64,000 bases of DNA from a virus (Duplodnaviria; Caudoviricetes), in the IMG/VR virus record IMGVR_UViG_3300034170_000057; one strand, given 5' to 3'. Both the position numbers and the translations under genes were made by a program. The notes beneath the pieces were generated by a model. It was not told the origin of the DNA, ran no database searches, and saw only the letters and a program-made list of their open reading frames with translations. This document shows positions 10,397 through 19,634 of the stretch, in pieces (the first letter of the stretch is position 1; every line of letters starts with the position of its first letter).

Positions 10397-10726
10397 ATGC
10401 CGGTTTATGATCAGCGTGAATTTGTGAGCGTGGATGAATTTGGAATCGACCCGCTGCTCGATCCTTCCTACGAGGCCATCGAGGGCACCACTTCGTTCCG
10501 ATATTATACTGTAAATGCTACAGAGCAATTCAACCCTGCCCTGATCGCATATAACGTGTATCGGCAAGCGAAGTGGTGGAAGGCAATCATGATCTACAAC
10601 GGGTATGTGGACATTTGGGAAATCGTAGAAAATGCGAAGATCAAAATCCCCGATGTAAACGAAATGAGTACACGCCTACAACGGGCGAAAACTGGTGCTA
10701 CTTCAAGCATCACCGTAACCCTGTAA
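10397..10726 (+). CDS. baseplate wedge protein, gp53/LysM-like
   Basis: 109 aa; 'LIAYNVY...WWKAIM.YN......I...KIKIP' pattern. Confidence 0.6.
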   Translation: MPVYDQREFVSVDEFGIDPLLDPSYEAIEGTTSFRYYTVNATEQFNPALIAYNVYRQAKWWKAIMIYNGYVDIWEIVENAKIKIPDVNEMSTRLQRAKTGATSSITVTL

Positions 10727-10744
10727 ATAAAAGAGAAATTGGAT

Positions 10745-12019
10745 ATGGCTCAAGCATCCCTAAACATTGAAGGCATGGCGTTTTGCACGCTGGATATTGC
10801 GGGAAGCCCTATGCCCCCTTCCATGAACCTGATTGAAAATATCTGGATTATGGAAGGGTTCGGCATGGGTCTACCGACTATGAAACTTAGTCTGTATGAC
10901 GAAAAAGAAACCTTGAGCCGTGACCTCAATCTCAAGGAAGGCACAACGATTTCAATTCGTTTGGGAAAAACTGCTGACACTGCGCCGGAAATGAAATTCC
11001 GCGTATTCGGTTGGGGCCGCCCACGAAATAGCAGCGGTAAAGTTATCCACGTTGCTTGCATTCTCGATTCACCGAAATTCGGTGCTGGTGCCATGACGGA
11101 ATCTTTCGACGGGCACAGCGCAAACGTAATGCAACAATTGGCAGAGAAAAGCGGCCTGCGTTTTGAAGGGCCGCCCGGTGCCACCAAGGACACGCAAGTC
11201 TGGCTCAATATTGGGCAGACACGTTTGTCATTCTCTGAAGACTTGGCAATGCGCGGATATATCAGCGACGAAAGTTGCATGGCCCGCGTTGTGCGCATGG
11301 ATGGCACACTGGTTTACAAAGACCTGATTGCAACGTTGAAAGAAGAACCAAAATTCACACTGATTCACAACAAAGACGGTGCTGGCGCCAGCGGTAAAGC
11401 GATTGACGTTCGTTCGGCAAAAGACCGAAGTTATTCCGGTTTGTTTTCGCACTACATTAACTACGGTCACAAATTGTTCGGCCATGATTTTGGTTCGGAT
11501 GAAAACGGCACGTTCTCGATTGAAACCCTCGAAATTAAAGCGCCTAGCGCAGCGGGTGTGCCGGTGAACATGGAAGTGGCAGCGGAGTTAAAAGAACGCG
11601 GCTCCCGTGTGACCTACAGTGGCCTAGATCCCGGCACTGGCCCTGACGAAGGGTTCAATATCCATGAGCATTACGAACGCGCCTATTATCAGAATGTGCG
11701 TTTGCTTTCCATGTTCAGCGAAAGCGTAATTGCCTTGTCGGATACTGCAACAGGAATTCAATCATTCCAGTCGATTGATTACCAACAGGGTTCGGGTTCC
11801 AAAGGCCCTTCCACACCAGCACCAAACGATATTGCCGGTCGCTACATCGTCGGCGGTAAAACGATCATGGTGAAGGGCGGGAAGAAATACGCAGAACTGT
11901 TTTATCTGTATCGACCGTTCATAACCGAGGCCGGTAATCCTGCGGGTACGTCGGCGCCTAAAAAGACCGTGAGTGCCAGTGCATCCGGCGTCAACACAAG
12001 CAGTCGAAATTTCAACTAA
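10745..12019 (+). CDS. baseplate hub protein (gp27/VgrG-like)
   Basis: About 424 aa at end of tail module; 'GRYIV' late motif; size and synteny. Confidence 0.55.
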   Translation: MAQASLNIEGMAFCTLDIAGSPMPPSMNLIENIWIMEGFGMGLPTMKLSLYDEKETLSRDLNLKEGTTISIRLGKTADTAPEMKFRVFGWGRPRNSSGKVIHVACILDSPKFGAGAMTESFDGHSANVMQQLAEKSGLRFEGPPGATKDTQVWLNIGQTRLSFSEDLAMRGYISDESCMARVVRMDGTLVYKDLIATLKEEPKFTLIHNKDGAGASGKAIDVRSAKDRSYSGLFSHYINYGHKLFGHDFGSDENGTFSIETLEIKAPSAAGVPVNMEVAAELKERGSRVTYSGLDPGTGPDEGFNIHEHYERAYYQNVRLLSMFSESVIALSDTATGIQSFQSIDYQQGSGSKGPSTPAPNDIAGRYIVGGKTIMVKGGKKYAELFYLYRPFITEAGNPAGTSAPKKTVSASASGVNTSSRNFN

Positions 12020-12209
12020 TGAACGAAGTCTACATAGATAACCACGACCAGCCCAGCCATGTCGAAGAAACTGTAAATAAACTGGGAATACAGGTCATAA
12101 AGTTTGAACACGCCGATAGCGTAAGCTGCATTCATTTGCATGGCTCTATTGGAATCGAACCATTGTACGCACTGGATATACTGCACGTGCGCAAAGCTGG
12201 AGAAAAGTA

Positions 12210-13070
12210 ATGAGTATTAAAGCGGATCGCTGGATCAAACGTATGTGTCAGCCGACACGTGAAGCGCTGTTGGTAAACGGCGAATTCTACGCGTGGTTTG
12301 GTTCGCACCGTGCGGACGCCCTGCTTGCGCTGCGTAATTGTGGCTCACGTCTTCTGTCCACCAAATTCATCGAACACGTTCCGATGATTTCGCCTTTTTC
12401 GGACAAGCAAATTTCGCAGGTCGAAATCCCCGGCGAAGTTGAGCGCCGTTCCGCAATGCATTACAAAGGCGAGTTCTACTGCTGGCAAGAAGAACTAAAA
12501 GAAAAAGCAGCAGCTGACGGCTATTTGTTCCCGCTCATGGGACCAGATTGGAGCATGTTCGATCTGGAAGTTGGGCCGCGTATGCGTTCCATCATTCCAT
12601 ACGGCCTGAGTTCCTATGGCTACGACATTCGTTGCGGTAACGAATTCAAGATTTTCACCAACCTAAATACGACGGTTGTTGATCCGAAGAATTTCACTGA
12701 GGACAACTTCGTTACCCGCCACGCAGACGACGGCGATGCAATCATTATTCCGCCGAATTCTTTTGCACTGGCAAACACGCCTGAGCAATTCAACATCGAC
12801 CGCGACACGCTGGTAATCTGCCTCGGCAAATCGACGTATGCGCGCTGCGGTATCATCGTAAACGTCACGCCGTTAGAGCCCGAGTGGACCGGCAGCTTGA
12901 CGCTGGAATTCTCCAACACAACGCCGTTGCCTGCGAAGATTTATGCGGGCGAAGGTTGCGCACAAATTCTGTTCATCGGCTCTGACGAAGAATGCGAAGT
13001 TTCCTATGCGGATCGCAAAGGGAAATACATGCATCAAGCGGCGGTGCCCGTCTCCCCGAAAATGCTTTGA
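12210..13070 (+). CDS. dcd: dCTP deaminase with two insertions
   Basis: [83 protein letters not shown]. Confidence 0.95.
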   Translation: MSIKADRWIKRMCQPTREALLVNGEFYAWFGSHRADALLALRNCGSRLLSTKFIEHVPMISPFSDKQISQVEIPGEVERRSAMHYKGEFYCWQEELKEKAAADGYLFPLMGPDWSMFDLEVGPRMRSIIPYGLSSYGYDIRCGNEFKIFTNLNTTVVDPKNFTEDNFVTRHADDGDAIIIPPNSFALANTPEQFNIDRDTLVICLGKSTYARCGIIVNVTPLEPEWTGSLTLEFSNTTPLPAKIYAGEGCAQILFIGSDEECEVSYADRKGKYMHQAAVPVSPKML

Positions 13071-13080
13071 GGATTAGCCT

Positions 13081-13479
13081 GTGGACGATTTCGATTTCGG
13101 CGGCTTGATTGAAGGTGCTGGGGAATTACTCGGCTCCTTAGTTGAAATGGTTACGTTTAATTCGATGCTTCCGGACGGCGACACGGTTTCTACCGCGACC
13201 GCTATGAGCGCCACGCCCCTTACTCCGGAACAAAAGCGCACACTGCAAAAGACACCGTTTTTGCCGGGTTTCGAAGAGGGAACGAAATACCGCGTGAAGG
13301 CCAACGAGTGGTGGGCAGACGTAACGGTTGACGATGTTCTAGTGGTGAATATTTCCACTTCGACGCACGTTATTTTCAATCGGCCTGAAGGTGAAATCCT
13401 TTCGGTTCCTAACGGCATGATCGACGACTTCGAGCGAATCGAAAATGGCCTACAAAAAGATTCGAGTGGCCCCTCATAA
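13081..13479 (+). CDS. hypothetical acidic protein
   Basis: 132 aa ORF, GAGGA RBS, GTG start. Confidence 0.6.
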   Translation: MDDFDFGGLIEGAGELLGSLVEMVTFNSMLPDGDTVSTATAMSATPLTPEQKRTLQKTPFLPGFEEGTKYRVKANEWWADVTVDDVLVVNISTSTHVIFNRPEGEILSVPNGMIDDFERIENGLQKDSSGPS

Positions 13480-13516
13480 AACATCGGTAGCTCTACGAAA
13501 TGGTACGTCCCTTATT

Positions 13517-13801
13517 ATGCCTCACTGGGGCCGGAATACGTGCCAGCGCCTGATGTTGGAAAACGAACTGTTCTCCCATATGAAATTCGGTCCAATCGAA
13601 TGCACAGATGAAAATATTTTGGATCTTGCAGAGCGTTTACGTCAGGAATTCGAGACGTTACGAATGACGCAGGTCTGCCGAAACTTCATTGTCAGTAGGA
13701 AACGCCGTAACGGCATTCATGTCACGCATGTATGGCTGACAGACGGTGAATCTACTTTCACAATTCCGTGGCCTGTTCCGAGGAAAGAAAATGGCGCCTA
13801 A
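13517..13801 (+). CDS. hypothetical protein
   Basis: ORF tiling between neighbours; start uncertain. Confidence 0.45.
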   Translation: MPHWGRNTCQRLMLENELFSHMKFGPIECTDENILDLAERLRQEFETLRMTQVCRNFIVSRKRRNGIHVTHVWLTDGESTFTIPWPVPRKENGA

Positions 13802-13964
13802 CGACAATCGTGAAACAAAAGCCACGAAATACAAAATCCGCATTCGTGTTTTGAACAGCGGTGAGTTTCTGGCGTACAACTGGTTCGGGCATTACGCCTC
13901 GTATGGTATTACCATGCAGGACGCACACACCCGGCACTGCAAGCTGATCTGCTCACTGAATTAA
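13791..13964 (+). CDS. hypothetical protein
   Basis: AGGA RBS, ATG 13791. Confidence 0.5.
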   Translation: MAPNDNRETKATKYKIRIRVLNSGEFLAYNWFGHYASYGITMQDAHTRHCKLICSLN

Positions 13965-13967
13965 ACG

Positions 13968-14001
13968 AACGGGATTTGCCTTGCGGTAGATCCCGTTTTT
14001 T
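13968..14001 (+). terminator. intrinsic terminator
   Basis: ACGGGATTTGCC-TTGC-GGTAGATCCCGT-TTTTT. Confidence 0.85.
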
Positions 14002-14031
14002 GTGGTCAAAAATTATAAAAGGATTTGCCTG

Positions 14032-14289
14032 ATGCGTTCGCTCTATATTTGGGTTGCATGCTTGGCTTGTACCTTGGTGGCTATCGGTTTCTGCCATGCC
14101 GGAATTCTGCTGATGACGTTGTGGCGTCAGGCAGATAATCGCTACGTGGAACTTTTCGGCACTTACACTGTCGCGTCGATCATTCCATTATTCTTTTTGG
14201 CATTCATGATTTCGTGTTGCCTTGTAACTCTCAAATGGGCGGTCTGCCGACTGTTCAAACGTGAACCCAATTTACCGGACTTCTTTTAA
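14032..14289 (+). CDS. small membrane protein (2 TM)
   Basis: Two hydrophobic segments; AAGGA RBS. Confidence 0.6.
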   Translation: MRSLYIWVACLACTLVAIGFCHAGILLMTLWRQADNRYVELFGTYTVASIIPLFFLAFMISCCLVTLKWAVCRLFKREPNLPDFF

Positions 14290-14543
14290 TGCGTCTCTTT
14301 GCTCTACGTTGCTTGCTGGTGCTTATTCCGCTGACTATGGTGATCATGGCAGCGTTGGTTATTGCGTTAACCCACAAGGCTTTTTCCGGGTTCCTATGGA
14401 TGGAAGAACACGAACTGTATAAGCATTCTTTTCTGTTTTCAATTGCTGCATTTGTCGTCGTTTGGTTTTGTGTGTGGACGCTGCGTGATGGCTATTTGCT
14501 AACACGTCAATTGATAAAGGATATTTCCGCCATTAAAGGGTAA
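14289..14543 (+). CDS. small membrane protein (2 TM)
   Basis: Two hydrophobic segments; TAATG coupling to upstream gene. Confidence 0.6.
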   Translation: MRLFALRCLLVLIPLTMVIMAALVIALTHKAFSGFLWMEEHELYKHSFLFSIAAFVVVWFCVWTLRDGYLLTRQLIKDISAIKG

Positions 14544-14606
14544 TTTAATGGTAGGTATTCCGTGCAGCTATTTGCACATGTTTTCCACTAACACAGGTAT
14601 TCTTTA

Positions 14607-15530
14607 ATGAATGTCCAAGGCTATGATGGGGTGATGGGCGAAATCGTCGATGCCCTACAGGACCACGGCGACCCCGACAAGATCCGCCGCATTCAGGTAA
14701 CTGAAGCGGAAATGAATGAAATCGTAAAATCCGGTGCGTTTCGTAAAACCGCTGGCACCTATTACGGTTCCTCGGACGTTTATGTTTTCTCGGATATCGA
14801 AGCAGACTCATCGGGCAACATTTACTCGATGCGGCTTAGCGGTGTTCTGATTTGCCTCGGCCCATGGGAACCCAGCGGCGCATTGGCCGCTGTAGTTTAT
14901 GGCCCACTTACCGAAACACTGAAAGCCGAAACTGTTTTCGTGCGTGAAGTGAACGGCCAGAAATATATGCTGGCTGGCACAGGTAATCCGGCCAACGATT
15001 TCGTGATCGGAAAGAACGCAAATATCGAACTCGGTATTGCTGTGCGCAAATATAACAACGCTGATTATTTCGGTGATGGTGCAGGCACCTTCGATGTTGA
15101 ACTGGATGCAGGCGAGCGCTGGACTTTCGCACTGACCGCTGGTTCTGTTCTGGAAGGCGTTCCAAACTTCACGGAAATGTACGACGTTTCTCTGTACATC
15201 GACGTGGACCCGACCGGCGTCGTTGCCCCTATCAAATGGGATTTGCAGTGGACGCCAAACAGCACCGGTAAGGGCAATAATTTCACTTGGTACAACCAAG
15301 GCATTCGCGTTGTGGATGATTCTGCGACCAACGAATTGCACAACGTCACACAAATGATTCAGCAGTACACTTTCCCGTACATCGACCACGCAATTCCGCT
15401 GGGCGTTGAGCGCACGGAAGACGGTGTGCCACTGGGTATTTTCAGTTTGAAATTGGAAGCGCGCCCACGCCTGCAAACCGGCGATGCGGTTTCGGTTGAA
15501 GTGTTGGCAAACATCACAAAAAAGTTGTAA
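14607..15530 (+). CDS. hypothetical (possibly virion) protein; short product of a frameshifted gene
   Basis: 307 aa, ends ACA AAA AAG TTG TAA. Confidence 0.75.
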   Translation: MNVQGYDGVMGEIVDALQDHGDPDKIRRIQVTEAEMNEIVKSGAFRKTAGTYYGSSDVYVFSDIEADSSGNIYSMRLSGVLICLGPWEPSGALAAVVYGPLTETLKAETVFVREVNGQKYMLAGTGNPANDFVIGKNANIELGIAVRKYNNADYFGDGAGTFDVELDAGERWTFALTAGSVLEGVPNFTEMYDVSLYIDVDPTGVVAPIKWDLQWTPNSTGKGNNFTWYNQGIRVVDDSATNELHNVTQMIQQYTFPYIDHAIPLGVERTEDGVPLGIFSLKLEARPRLQTGDAVSVEVLANITKKL

Positions 15531-15570
15531 AACCTGTTCCGCGACGTTCGCTGGTTGTCGGTGGTACAGG
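15518..15570 (+). other. putative -1 programmed ribosomal frameshift signal
   Basis: A_AAA_AAG at 15518-15524, 8 nt spacer, stem-loop 15533-15570. Confidence 0.75.
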
Positions 15571-16327
15571 TACTGACCAAGATGGAAACGGTTTATTCGT
15601 TCAGTCTAATGGTTTCGTACCTGCATCTGTTGCTGCATCCATTGTTGATATTGCGGCTGGTGATGGTCGCTACATTGCAGTGGGTTCTAAAGTCTACGAA
15701 TCTTTCGATAAGATCGAATGGACTGCGATGGATGTTGATTTAGTGTTTTCTCACATCGTTTACGCAGGTAAGTTTTACGCCTGCGTGGATGGTGTAGGGA
15801 TTTATGCACTCGATAAAGACTGGACGCTTGTCCACGAATTTACTGGTAATTTTGTGTGTGCCAGAAACATCGGCGGGCCTGCGTTCGGGACGGATCAGGG
15901 AATGATCTTGATTGGGCCAGAATGGCACTCGGTAACGGTTGGCGTTGGGCGTGTATGGTTGACGGATACTTCGGCAGATTTCCGTGTTGTTTTGAACAAC
16001 GGTGATCAGCTTGAAACTTTCCGTGGGCCGGTCAATGCGCTGATATCCGAAGGCGTAACCGAACTCGATGGCCTCACGGTTAGCGGGTGCTGGTACGACC
16101 AACAAAATAAATGCGTAGTAGTTAGCGCCGCGTTTGATGACTGTCCGATTTATGCAGTCTATAAAAACGGATGGACATTCAACATTGTCGAAGGTGACGT
16201 AGCAATCGACGTGGCCGACGGTGCAATGCTGACTAGCAACGCGGTGTACACCACCAAAGACTGGGCGACGTTCGAACTGCTGCATACGTTCGAAAACTTC
16301 GCTGCAAAAACTTTGCTGTTTGCGTGA
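15524..16327 (+). CDS. -1 frame extension (beta-propeller-like repeats) of the 14607 gene
   Basis: Frame open 15500-16327; no ATG/GTG/TTG before 15680, yet 15524-15679 looks coding. Confidence 0.65.
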   Translation, partial: VVKPVPRRSLVVGGTGTDQDGNGLFVQSNGFVPASVAASIVDIAAGDGRYIAVGSKVYESFDKIEWTAMDVDLVFSHIVYAGKFYACVDGVGIYALDKDWTLVHEFTGNFVCARNIGGPAFGTDQGMILIGPEWHSVTVGVGRVWLTDTSADFRVVLNNGDQLETFRGPVNALISEGVTELDGLTVSGCWYDQQNKCVVVSAAFDDCPIYAVYKNGWTFNIVEGDVAIDVADGAMLTSNAVYTTKDWATFELLHTFENFAAKTLLFA

Positions 16328-16331
16328 CAAG

Positions 16332-16366
16332 AAACCCCTGTTTCCAAAAGGAAACAGGGGTTTTTT
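16332..16366 (+). terminator. intrinsic terminator
   Basis: AAACCCCTGTTTCC-AAAA-GGAAACAGGGGTTT plus T-run. Confidence 0.9.
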
Positions 16367-16374
16367 CATTTGGG

Positions 16375-16389
16375 CAGATACTGTAAATA
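16375..16389 (+). promoter_or_regulatory. CTGTAAATA motif (candidate phage-specific promoter); also at 10721, 12071, 19001, 23685, 28230, 52480
   Basis: Seven copies, mostly intergenic, after terminators and upstream of starts. Confidence 0.6.
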
Positions 16390-16428
16390 TAGGTCATGTA
16401 TCTGACTGCCTAGTGCGAGGCAATAAAA

Positions 16429-17082
16429 ATGTGTGAAGATCATTATCACGATCCGGATCTTGAAACGGATAACGATGATTCCGATTTGGATATGTTGGAA
16501 TATTACGACTGGCGTGAAGAGCCGCCAAGCAAGCCGAAGTATTACCCGGCTGCTGCGCCTACGCCTCTCGCTGATCGTCTGGCCTACTACAAATACGAAC
16601 TGAAATTCCGAAAGTTTTGCAACAACATGCGCAAACTTTTCACGCGTCTGGAATTCAACGCAGATAAACAACCGAAAAAGAAACTGCTATGCGTTCGACT
16701 GGGCACTGAGTATTTTGCCCTCGATCCGAAATCAGTGGACCAGAAAACACCGTTCACCGAAGTCGGAATGTATGGCGTCATGCGGCGCTTCCCGTCAGCC
16801 CCACCGAACATCACGATGACTGCACATGTGGTGACAGCAAACGAAAAAGAAATGTGGCGGAAATACGAATACCTCCGTAAGCATTTTCACGGAATGATTA
16901 GCACCGTAATTTGTGGCGAGCGTTGGTATGCCGTTAGCCTCGATTATAGTTTCCATTCCGGATCGGTAATTGAAGTCGGATTCCAGTTGCCTGCTGACGT
17001 GAAGCAACTGCTGCACCAGCACCTGCGTGATGCAGAAGCCGAACACAAAAAACGTTTCGCAAAATTCGCATCACTAACTTAA
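16429..17082 (+). CDS. hypothetical protein
   Basis: 217 aa, GAGG RBS. Confidence 0.7.
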   Translation: MCEDHYHDPDLETDNDDSDLDMLEYYDWREEPPSKPKYYPAAAPTPLADRLAYYKYELKFRKFCNNMRKLFTRLEFNADKQPKKKLLCVRLGTEYFALDPKSVDQKTPFTEVGMYGVMRRFPSAPPNITMTAHVVTANEKEMWRKYEYLRKHFHGMISTVICGERWYAVSLDYSFHSGSVIEVGFQLPADVKQLLHQHLRDAEAEHKKRFAKFASLT

Positions 17083-17091
17083 AGGAATTCC

Positions 17092-17445
17092 ATGACAAGC
17101 CTTTCCCAAATGCAAGACCAGCTGGAGTCCATACGCACGCACCTCGGCACAGTACGAATCACCATCGGTAGTCACACGGTAAACGCCGATATCTTGGGCA
17201 CAAAAGTAAATGAAGCGGACGGTGACGCGCCTGAGTTTTTGGGAGCCTCGGTTCAGCTTCACACACCGTCACATGAATTGATTCGCATGCAGGAAACAAT
17301 CATCGACGCGCTGAAAGATGGCGACGACGCATTGGCCTATCTGCTGGCACCACAACGCACCTTGTGGAAAATCGCAGAAACACTGGATCTTACGCAGACC
17401 GCGCAAGGTGATTACATCTGGACACTTGGGGTTAAATATTTCTGA
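17092..17445 (+). CDS. hypothetical protein
   Basis: 117 aa, AAGGA RBS. Confidence 0.7.
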   Translation: MTSLSQMQDQLESIRTHLGTVRITIGSHTVNADILGTKVNEADGDAPEFLGASVQLHTPSHELIRMQETIIDALKDGDDALAYLLAPQRTLWKIAETLDLTQTAQGDYIWTLGVKYF

Positions 17446-17897
17446 TGAGTAGTTTTACAACCCCGCTCGTTGCGGAATTTGAAGACGACGGAATTCATTA
17501 CGTTATCTGGCAGATGTTCACCTACCTAATCGGCATGCTCGGTTCTGGTATTTCTGTGAATGTTCCAGTCGGTTATCGTACTGATCTTGCATCCGTACCG
17601 TGGTGGATTCGCTGGCTGTTGCCACCTAACGGCAAGTACGGGAAGGCGGCAGTTATCCACGATTATATTTGCAGTTACAGAACTGTAAATGTGAATGGTA
17701 TAAACGTTTATGTCACACGCAAGCAAGGCGACATGATCTTTCTCGAAGCCATGGGCGTGCTGGGTGTTCCGGCGTGGCAAAAGTGGTCGATGTTCTGTGC
17801 CGTCCGCGCCTACGCAATCACAACGGGTATCGACAAGGCTGATGCACAAAAAGCTGCGAACGATCCGAAGTATTTCACCGACGTTTTAGCTGCGTGA
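17445..17897 (+). CDS. DUF1353-like protein
   Basis: VPVGYRTDLASVP...GKYGKAAVIHDY...D.IF.EAM.VLGV..W....M..AVR. Confidence 0.85.
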   Translation: MSSFTTPLVAEFEDDGIHYVIWQMFTYLIGMLGSGISVNVPVGYRTDLASVPWWIRWLLPPNGKYGKAAVIHDYICSYRTVNVNGINVYVTRKQGDMIFLEAMGVLGVPAWQKWSMFCAVRAYAITTGIDKADAQKAANDPKYFTDVLAA

Positions 17898-17904
17898 GAA
17901 AACC

Positions 17905-18381
17905 ATGAGCGACGACAAAGAATTTGATAGTGCTGACAAGAAAGAAATGTTGGAACAAGTCAAACGCCTGATGAAAGCCGCTGACGGAAAGCCAAACAGC
18001 CATGACCGTGAACTGATTGTAGAACTTGCAGCCAACACGGACGAACGCTGGCAGGAACTCGGCAAAATGATTGCTGACCAGATGATGGAAATGGCATATT
18101 CGCCGCGTCTGTCTGGCGCACGTTGGATGCTGTTCGCTGCTGCTCTCGACAAAAACGATACCGAAGCACTTGCGAATTGCGACAATTATTATCACGAAGG
18201 CTGCTACCATTTCCAAAAGCGTTTCGGTGAAGAACGCTTGTGGGAAAACGTGAATAAAGCCTACGACACTCCGGAATTCCGTAAGCAACTACTCGATAAG
18301 GGAATCAAACCAACGCTGACCACTTTGGTTCTGCAAGCGTTCCCTAAACTCGGATCAAAAACTGGTGAAGAAAATGCGTAA
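17905..18381 (+). CDS. hypothetical protein
   Basis: 158 aa ORF in gene run. Confidence 0.7.
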   Translation: MSDDKEFDSADKKEMLEQVKRLMKAADGKPNSHDRELIVELAANTDERWQELGKMIADQMMEMAYSPRLSGARWMLFAAALDKNDTEALANCDNYYHEGCYHFQKRFGEERLWENVNKAYDTPEFRKQLLDKGIKPTLTTLVLQAFPKLGSKTGEENA

Positions 18382-18724
18382 GATTTCCCGCGCCGAAAGT
18401 GATCGTCTGTACAACGCAGTCGGCGCCGTGATGCAACTGCCGGTGCCCGTGCAAATCAATAACGAGCGCCCAATCTGTCACATCTTTTGTGGCACACACG
18501 ATTACAAAAACAAACGCTTCGAAATCGTGATGGGTATCAACGATCCGGAACCCTCTGCAACCCTACGCCACATCATGCAAGAAGGTCAGTTGACCTGCGT
18601 GTGGGAAGGCGTGCAATTTAAACAGGGTGCCGAATTCTTTCCGGACGAAAACGAAACCGGTTTGGAAGCATTTGAAGTTCCGGAATACGATACCTACCTG
18701 AGTTTCTTTGTCGAGATTGAGTAA
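18365..18724 (+). CDS. hypothetical protein
   Basis: About 119 aa; start may be 18374. Confidence 0.65.
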   Translation: MKKMRKISRAESDRLYNAVGAVMQLPVPVQINNERPICHIFCGTHDYKNKRFEIVMGINDPEPSATLRHIMQEGQLTCVWEGVQFKQGAEFFPDENETGLEAFEVPEYDTYLSFFVEIE

Positions 18725-19281
18725 TGGCCGCATACCTCTGTGCTGATATGCACCTGACCCACGCCAGTATTCACATTCACCGCAAGTTCGACAGCGTTGA
18801 ACAACACGATGAATTTGTGTGCGATAACTGGTGTGATACGGTGCGTTCCAACAAGCGCGATACCGCTTATGTACTGGGCGACGTGGCATTCTCCGAAGCA
18901 GGCTGGTTGAAATTTGATTCGCTGCCCGGTCACAAGGTGGTGATCCTCGGCAACCACTGCACTGAGAAAGTAAGCGCGCATTTTATTGCAGGGCTGAAAA
19001 CTGTAAATAGTGTACATAGCATGTATCGTTACAAAAACGGTACGGTCATGTCGCATGCGCCGCTGCATCCGGAACACCTGCGCGGCAAGCGTAACCTACA
19101 CGGCCACCTGCATTCCCACCTTGTGCGCGACCGTCGCTATTACAATTGCTCACTTGAACAAATCGACATGCGTCCGATTCACATGGACGAAGTATTCGAT
19201 GAATTCGAACGTCGGCAATCGGTAAACTACGTGCTGCATACGCTGGGATGGAAGGCCGCCTACCGGGCACTGACACAATGA
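18724..19281 (+). CDS. calcineurin-like metallophosphoesterase
   Basis: ADMH, YVLGDV, ILGNH, SHAP, NLHGHLH motifs. Confidence 0.9.
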   Translation: MAAYLCADMHLTHASIHIHRKFDSVEQHDEFVCDNWCDTVRSNKRDTAYVLGDVAFSEAGWLKFDSLPGHKVVILGNHCTEKVSAHFIAGLKTVNSVHSMYRYKNGTVMSHAPLHPEHLRGKRNLHGHLHSHLVRDRRYYNCSLEQIDMRPIHMDEVFDEFERRQSVNYVLHTLGWKAAYRALTQ

Positions 19282-19634
19282 GCAAAAAGCCTGAAAGAGA
19301 TTTCCACCTTGCATTGCTGTGCATGCGAGACGACGTTGAAAAAGGCTGCACGCTTTCCGACGTGAAACTCTGCACCGAACGCGGTTTCCAGCAGTGTGAT
19401 TATCTCCATCACAGTACGCGCACTGACTGCGAAGAAAATCTGCTGTTAGTTGTGGAGTTCTTTTCCCACCAACGCGCCTACGATTTTGATCGTGATTTCT
19501 ATGTGGTGCTAGACAGCAAATCGTGCCGTGTGCCTGTTCGCGTAGTGCGTTCCCACTGCGAAGCAAACGGCGTTGGTTACACCTATATCGTGAAGCTACA
19601 AGGCAACACGAAAAAATGGCAGGAATCGAAATGA
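19278..19634 (+). CDS. hypothetical protein
   Basis: ATGA overlap with upstream stop. Confidence 0.6.
   Translation: MSKKPERDFHLALLCMRDDVEKGCTLSDVKLCTERGFQQCDYLHHSTRTDCEENLLLVVEFFSHQRAYDFDRDFYVVLDSKSCRVPVRVVRSHCEANGVGYTYIVKLQGNTKKWQESK

Noticed and set aside
12019-12210. 63 aa ORF between hub gene and dcd
   Set aside because: No RBS or motif, and it contains a CTGTAAATA element; may be only a regulatory spacer
14032-14543. Two adjacent 2-TM proteins as holin/antiholin
   Set aside because: 12 kb from the candidate lysin, with no dual-start motif; many similar small membrane ORFs occur in the window
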